In this document: positions 59,343-64,000 of the stretch, piece by piece
How positions within the stretch are numbered: the first letter of the stretch is position 1
How the letters are laid out: every line of letters begins with the position of its first letter
NCBI GenBank assembly: GCA_965203515.1
Contig: OZ241907.1
Location: 64,001-128,000, forward strand
Source of the DNA: Spirochaetia bacterium
Lineage (GTDB): Bacteria > Spirochaetota > Spirochaetia > SZUA-6 > Bin103
Direction of reading: 5' to 3'
DNA length: 64,000 nt
Made by a program: the position numbers and the translations under genes
The notes under the pieces: model-generated
Seen by the model: the letters and a program-made list of their open reading frames with translations, nothing else
What the model was told of the DNA's origin: nothing
Databases searched by the model: none

Positions 59343-61586
59343 ATGAGCGGCAAGGCCGCGCTCCTGGCGCTGGCGGCAGTCATCGGCATCGGCCTGCTGG
59401 CGTGCCAGCAGACGGCCCGGCCGGGCGCGACCGGCGGTACGGGCGCCGGCGGCGCGGGCGGAAACGGAGCAGGCGGCGCCGCCGGCAATGGCGGGTCGCC
59501 GACCACGCCGGCCCCGACTCCGGCGGCCACGAAGAGCTGGCCCCTCGGAGAGGATGCCTGGTCATCGGCGCTGCCGCTGCCTGCCGCAGCGGACCCGAGC
59601 GCCTTGACGATCCGCTCCGAGCCGTTCGCCTGGGACGGGCTCACCGGCGCCGATGGCGAAACGGTGACCGTGTCGATCGGCGGCAACGAGCTGCCGTTCA
59701 CGAGCACGGCGGCCGCGCCAACCTTCGCCGGCGACATCTCAGGCGCGCAGTGGGAGGTCGGCTTCGAAGTGAGCGCGGGCGCGATCGTGCTGGTGCTCAC
59801 CGCCCCGGATCAGTCGGGAGCCCCGGACACCGTCGAGTCGGTCACGTTTACCGAGCGGGGCAGCGGCTACCAGGCGGCGCCGAGCGTGACCTTTTCGGCG
59901 CCGCCGCCGGGCGGCACCACCGCCACCGGCGTCGTTGCGGGCGTCGGCCTCGTCGATTCGGTGAACGTCACGACCGCCGGCGCCGGCTACACCTCGCCCC
60001 CCGGCGTGACCCTCTCGGCGCCGCCGCCCGGCGGCACCACGGCGACCGCCACCGCGGACGTCAACGGCCGCGTCGCTTCGGTGGACGTGGATACCGCCGG
60101 CAGCGGCTACACCTCGGCGCCCACCGTCGCCTTCACGGCGGCGCCCGCCGGCGGCACCGACGCGGCCGGCACCGCGGCGGTCAGCGGCACGGTCGCTGAC
60201 GTGACGCTCGATACCCGGGGATCGGGCTACACGTCGGCTCCCACCGTCACCATTTCGGGCGGCGGCGGCAGCGGCGCGGCCGCCACCGCGACGATACGAG
60301 GGCGGGTCACTTCGGTGACGGTCGGGAGCGCCGGCAGCAGCTACACCTCGCCCCCCACCGTCTCCTTCTCCGGCGGCGGCGGCAGCGGGGCGACCGCCAC
60401 CGCGACCGGGCCCGGCAGCGTCGCTTCCGTGACGAGGATCGGCAATCAGTACGGGAGCGGCTACACCTCGGTCCCGACCGCGACCTTCTCGGCGCCGCCG
60501 TCCGGCGGCACCAGGGCGACCGGCGTCGCGTGGGGACCCGACTCCGTCCAGTCGACGACGTTCATCAGCCGGGGAATCGGCTACACCTCGCTCCCCACCG
60601 TGACCTTCTCGGCGCCGCCGGCCGGCGGCACCACGACAACCGGCACCGTGACGAGGTTTGCCGACGGGCGGCTCAACCGCATCCTGTTGGGCGTGGCAAC
60701 CTGGGCCGAACGGGGGCGCGGCTACACCTCACCCCCCACGATCACCTTTACCGGCGGCGGCGGCAGCGGCCCCAGTGCCATCGCGCACATGTTCCCCAAC
60801 ATTCGAGGAGTCATCATCACCAACGCGGGGAGCGGCTACACCTCCGCCCCCACGATCACCTTTACCGGCGGCGGCGGCAGCGGCGCCGGCTACCAGGCGG
60901 TGTTGGGCAGCACCGTCACCGGAGTTGACGTCACCAACGGCGGCAGCGGCTACACCTCGGCGCCCACCGTATCCCTTACCGGCGGCGGCGGCAGCGGGGC
61001 GACCGCCACCGCGAGCGTGCTCGTCGAGGCAGACGAGGTGACGGTCACCAACGAGGGCAGCGGCTACACCTCCGCCCCCACCGTGACCTTTTCGGCGCCG
61101 TCGACCGGCACCGCGGCGACCGGCACCGCGGTGATGAACTACGGGGTCGGCTCGGTGATGGTCGGCACCGCCGGCAGCGGCTACACCTCGGCGCCCACCG
61201 TCTCCTTTACCGGCGGCGGCGGCAGCGGGGCGACCGCCACCCCGGTGATGTCCTACGCCGTCCCGACGGCGACGGTCACCAACCCCGGCAGCGGCTACAC
61301 CTCGGCCCCGACCGTCACCTTTACGGCCGCGCCGAGCGGCGCCACCACGGCGGTCGGCACCGCGGTCTACGAATACCGCATCCGGTCGGTGAGGATCACC
61401 AACGCGGGGAGCGGCTACGTGACGGCGCCGACCGTGACCTTTACCGCGGCGCCGACCGGCGGCACCGACGCGACCGGCACCGCCAACCTGGCGGCGGGCG
61501 GCAACGATCCGAGCCAGAACCTGTTCTGGGCGCGCCAGACCCTGGCCGGCCAACAGCTTCGGGTGCAGGTAGGAGGGGAGGAGTGA
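59343..61586 (+). CDS. Surface lipoprotein with GSGYTSAPTV-type beta repeats (paralog 2)
   Basis: Colinear, highly similar tandem paralog of 56727..58967. Confidence 0.85.
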   Translation: MSGKAALLALAAVIGIGLLACQQTARPGATGGTGAGGAGGNGAGGAAGNGGSPTTPAPTPAATKSWPLGEDAWSSALPLPAAADPSALTIRSEPFAWDGLTGADGETVTVSIGGNELPFTSTAAAPTFAGDISGAQWEVGFEVSAGAIVLVLTAPDQSGAPDTVESVTFTERGSGYQAAPSVTFSAPPPGGTTATGVVAGVGLVDSVNVTTAGAGYTSPPGVTLSAPPPGGTTATATADVNGRVASVDVDTAGSGYTSAPTVAFTAAPAGGTDAAGTAAVSGTVADVTLDTRGSGYTSAPTVTISGGGGSGAAATATIRGRVTSVTVGSAGSSYTSPPTVSFSGGGGSGATATATGPGSVASVTRIGNQYGSGYTSVPTATFSAPPSGGTRATGVAWGPDSVQSTTFISRGIGYTSLPTVTFSAPPAGGTTTTGTVTRFADGRLNRILLGVATWAERGRGYTSPPTITFTGGGGSGPSAIAHMFPNIRGVIITNAGSGYTSAPTITFTGGGGSGAGYQAVLGSTVTGVDVTNGGSGYTSAPTVSLTGGGGSGATATASVLVEADEVTVTNEGSGYTSAPTVTFSAPSTGTAATGTAVMNYGVGSVMVGTAGSGYTSAPTVSFTGGGGSGATATPVMSYAVPTATVTNPGSGYTSAPTVTFTAAPSGATTAVGTAVYEYRIRSVRITNAGSGYVTAPTVTFTAAPTGGTDATGTANLAAGGNDPSQNLFWARQTLAGQQLRVQVGGEE

Positions 61587-61654
61587 CCGGAGTCCCCGCC
61601 TGCCTGCCGTCGCTGGGCGTGCGACCGTTCCTCGTAGTTACCTGAGGTCAGCGC

Positions 61655-61675
61655 CGAGCACGGTCAGGCGGCGTC
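61655..61675. repeat. 21-bp direct repeat, right copy, containing the DUF1156 stop codon
   Basis: Identical to 54391-54411. Confidence 0.85.
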
Positions 61676-62764
61676 CTCCTGCCACAGCCGGAGCTGCTTC
61701 GGCTCGTCGATCCGGTCTCCGTACGCCAGGCGCGCCAGATGGTAGAGCGCCTCGAAGTCGCTGCCCGCGGCCGCCGCCTCGCCCGGCAGGTCGATGCCGG
61801 TCCACCTCTTGCTGACCGGCAGCACCTCCAGCACCGCTTCCAGCGCGGTCAGGAACGCCGCCTCCCGCGCCCCCAGCTTCTCGTCGAGCAGCTTGCGGGC
61901 ATCGTCGAGCGAGCGGGTGCGCGCCAGGTTGGCGGCGTGGTGCACGGCGTCGATCATGCCGCGCGCGCCGTCGGCCGGCCCCAGCGTCCCTCCGGCGGCG
62001 CGCCGCGTCGAGTCCCACAGCCGCAGGTCGCTGCCGCGCTTCTCCGCCAGCCGGCCCACCACCTCCCGCTCCAGGTCCACGCCCACCGCGCGCGCCAGCC
62101 GCAGCGCCTCGTCGTAGGCGGCGAACACCGGCGCCTCGAAGGCGTCCCACGCCAGCACGAAGAAGGCGGTCGCCGGGTCCAGGTCGGCGTCCGCCTGCCG
62201 CTGCGTCAGTTGCTCGGCGCCCAGCGCTTCGACCGCCGCCTTGACCGCAAGCCCATGCTGCGCCGGCCATGCCGCGGTCGCTTCCTCGATCAGCGCCGCG
62301 ACCGGATTCAGGTCGTTGGCCAGGGTTGCAAGTCCCAGCCGCGCCGCCTCGAACGGCAGGCTGCCGCCCCCGGCGGTCGGATCGAGCACCGTGGCGCGGT
62401 CCAGCTCGTGGCCCGCCAGCCAGGTCCATTCCGCATCGTCCGGCGTTATCCGAACGCCCGCGGATACCCGTAAGCCGCGGCGCCCAGCCGTTCCCCGCTG
62501 CGGTTGGCGCGCGCGATCCGCGCCTTCGCCGCCACCGGGTCGCCGTGGATGCCGAGCACGCGCAGGAACCGCTTCCGGTCGGCGTCGGCCGGCAGCAGCG
62601 ACGCCAGCACCGCCGCCCGCGACGCCACCAGCGGCCGCCGCGCCCACCACACGTGCAACCGGTTCGGCGCCGGGAACGGCGTCATCGGCGTCCGCTCGCG
62701 GATACTTCTCGATCCCAAGCGCCGCTATCGGCAGCCACCGCTCGATCAGCCGCGTGTCCGGCAT
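61664..62764 (-). pseudogene. DUF1156-type adenine-specific DNA methylase remnant
   Basis: RLIERWLP start; LHVWWARRPL in a shifted frame (ORF 62446..62718); VLDPTAGGGSLPFEA; then a jump straight to C-terminal sequence. No catalytic DPPY-type motif seen. Confidence 0.8.
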
Positions 62765-62897
62765 AATTCTCCCGCGCCGACGGCGGCCGTCAACCTGTGT
62801 CCGCTCTGGCGAGTGCGAATCTCATCTGGCCCGCGTACTCTATCGTACTCTACGTCCGGTGCGAATATCTGCTACCCTGCGAAGGTGTGGACGATTG

Positions 62898-63152
62898 ATG
62901 GAATACAAAGTACCGCTGGTCATGACGCCTCAACCGGAAGGCGGCTATACCGTGACCTCTCCTGCGCTGCCGGAATTGGTAACCGAGGGGGATACTCTGA
63001 GTGACGTCCTGGAAAACGCCAAGGATGCTCTTGCCGCGGTCATCGAACTCTACGAGGAGGACGGCCGGTTGTTGCCGCGGAGCATCTGGATTACCGAAGC
63101 AAACGGCCCGGTGTGGTTCGAGACCGTAATAGCGGCCAGTGACGTACCGTGA
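62898..63152 (+). CDS. hicB: HicB antitoxin
   Basis: PQPEGGYTVTSPALPELVTEGDT...ENAKDAL. Confidence 0.9.
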   Translation: MEYKVPLVMTPQPEGGYTVTSPALPELVTEGDTLSDVLENAKDALAAVIELYEEDGRLLPRSIWITEANGPVWFETVIAASDVP

Positions 63153-63350
63153 AGTCGCCCGAAAGTTGGCGATTCTCGGTTGCAGCGAGCGTCAATGACG
63201 AGGCAGTGGTTCTCATCGGAAGTGGTACAATCCCGCGTCCCGGAGAACCACGGTCATTCCTGACCACGGTGGACGCGATCTGAAATCGGGAACGATCCGT
63301 GCGGCCGTTCGGCAGTTGGGAATCGATTGGCAGGATTTCAGAGCACGTAG
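63139..63350 (+). pseudogene. hicA: HicA mRNA interferase toxin with internal stop
   Basis: VTYREVARKLAILGCSERQ*RGSGSHRKWYNP...TVIPDHGGRDLKSGTIRAAVRQLGI; in-frame TGA at 63196-63198. Confidence 0.85.
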
Positions 63351-63425
63351 CCGCCCTGGGCGGCAACAGGTCTCAATCGGCGGCGGGGCCGGGGGTGCCG
63401 AACAACTGCGGTCCCATTTCTTCGA

Positions 63426-63677
63426 TCAGCTCGCCGACGACTCCCAGCGGGCCAGCTCGCTCTCTGGAAGCGGTTCGAAGAAGCGATCATCGACGACGAT
63501 CCGATCCCGCAACGCGCCGAACCGGCGCGTGCCCTCGAGGCCGACAAGACGCGCCACCGGATCGCCGTTACGAGCGATAACAACCTCCTCGCCGGCCTCC
63601 GCCCTGGCGAGAAGGCGCGAGAGCTGCGTCTTGGCCTGATGGACGTTCACCGTCACCGCCGGCGATTTCGCGTTCAT
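63426..63677 (-). CDS. Phd/YefM family antitoxin
   Basis: VNVHQAKTQLSRLL.RAEAGEEVVIARNG.PVARLV, DDRFFEPLP. Confidence 0.9.
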   Translation of the reverse strand: MNAKSPAVTVNVHQAKTQLSRLLARAEAGEEVVIARNGDPVARLVGLEGTRRFGALRDRIVVDDRFFEPLPESELARWESSAS

Positions 63678-63691
63678 CTAAGCAGCGCCGG

Positions 63692-64000
63692 TTATGAGAT
63701 CGCGTCCTGCACGCGGGCCAGCAGCTCCTCTTCAGTCTCGCACTCGATGATCCAGTCCCCTACCTGTTCCAGGCTTTCCGGATCGGTCAGACGGTGCAGC
63801 AGGACGGACAACCGCGGAGCCGTTTCCGCCGTGAACTTCAGCGCCGCCTGCCGGCACAGCCGCCTGCGTTCTTCGCTACGGCCCTGCTCGATGCCTTGCT
63901 CGATGCCGCGCTCGATGCCGCGCTCAATGCCGCGCTCAATGCCGCGCTCGATGCCCTGCTCGCGGCCTTCCTTCAGGCCCTGCTCGCGGCCTTCCGCGAC
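63692..64000 (-). CDS. C-terminus of Rpn/YhgA-like (PD-(D/E)XK transposase-like) protein, 5'-truncated
   Basis: EGREQG/GIERG 12-bp repeats (~63887-63960), then RRLCRQAALKF...LEQVGDWIIECET..ELL; stop at 63692. Confidence 0.7.
   Translation of the reverse strand, partial: VAEGREQGLKEGREQGIERGIERGIERGIERGIEQGIEQGRSEERRRLCRQAALKFTAETAPRLSVLLHRLTDPESLEQVGDWIIECETEEELLARVQDAIS

Noticed and set aside
56727..61586. Paralog pair as template/variable repeats of a diversity-generating retroelement
   Set aside because: No reverse transcriptase in the window, both copies are full genes, and differences do not appear adenine-specific.
63196..63198. hicA TGA as selenocysteine or programmed readthrough
   Set aside because: The position is not a Cys site, TGA is the ordinary stop throughout the window, and the gene's 3' end also looks damaged.

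Overview
Very GC-rich, gene-dense bacterial DNA. It is most likely from a spirochete: the murG-cvpA-holB-like-kinase-sigma54 activator block matches the Borrelia/Treponema hk2-rrp2 neighbourhood. The PhyH/sulfatase/TPR/Uma2/Rpn content resembles host-associated (e.g. sponge) symbionts. From left to right the window holds: (1) the 3' part of a type 1 BREX locus (brxC end, pglX, pglZ, brxL) with two Schlafen/AlbA_2-HATPase genes, a Uma2 nuclease, HicB and KTSC inserted between its core genes; (2) a minus-strand catabolic cluster (PhyH, sulfatase, peptide-type ABC transporter, Gfo/Idh/MocA, amidohydrolase) ending in a Panacea antitoxin and DUF1801; (3) a complete nurA-herA-sbcD(mre11)-sbcC(rad50) operon; (4) a P-loop ATPase plus TPR-array two-gene module; (5) core genes (htrA, uvrB, murG, cvpA, two-component pair, groES, an RpoS-like sigma factor behind a perfect sigma54 promoter, ppdK); (6) a ~7.3 kb block bounded by a 21-bp direct repeat, carrying a beta-propeller gene and two tandem repeat lipoprotein paralogs, each preceded by a sigma70 promoter and a long poly-C tract; (7) a decayed DUF1156 methylase, toxin-antitoxin remnants and a partial Rpn-type gene. 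No rRNA, tRNA or CRISPR array was recognised. All calls come from motif recognition by eye; no database search was run.
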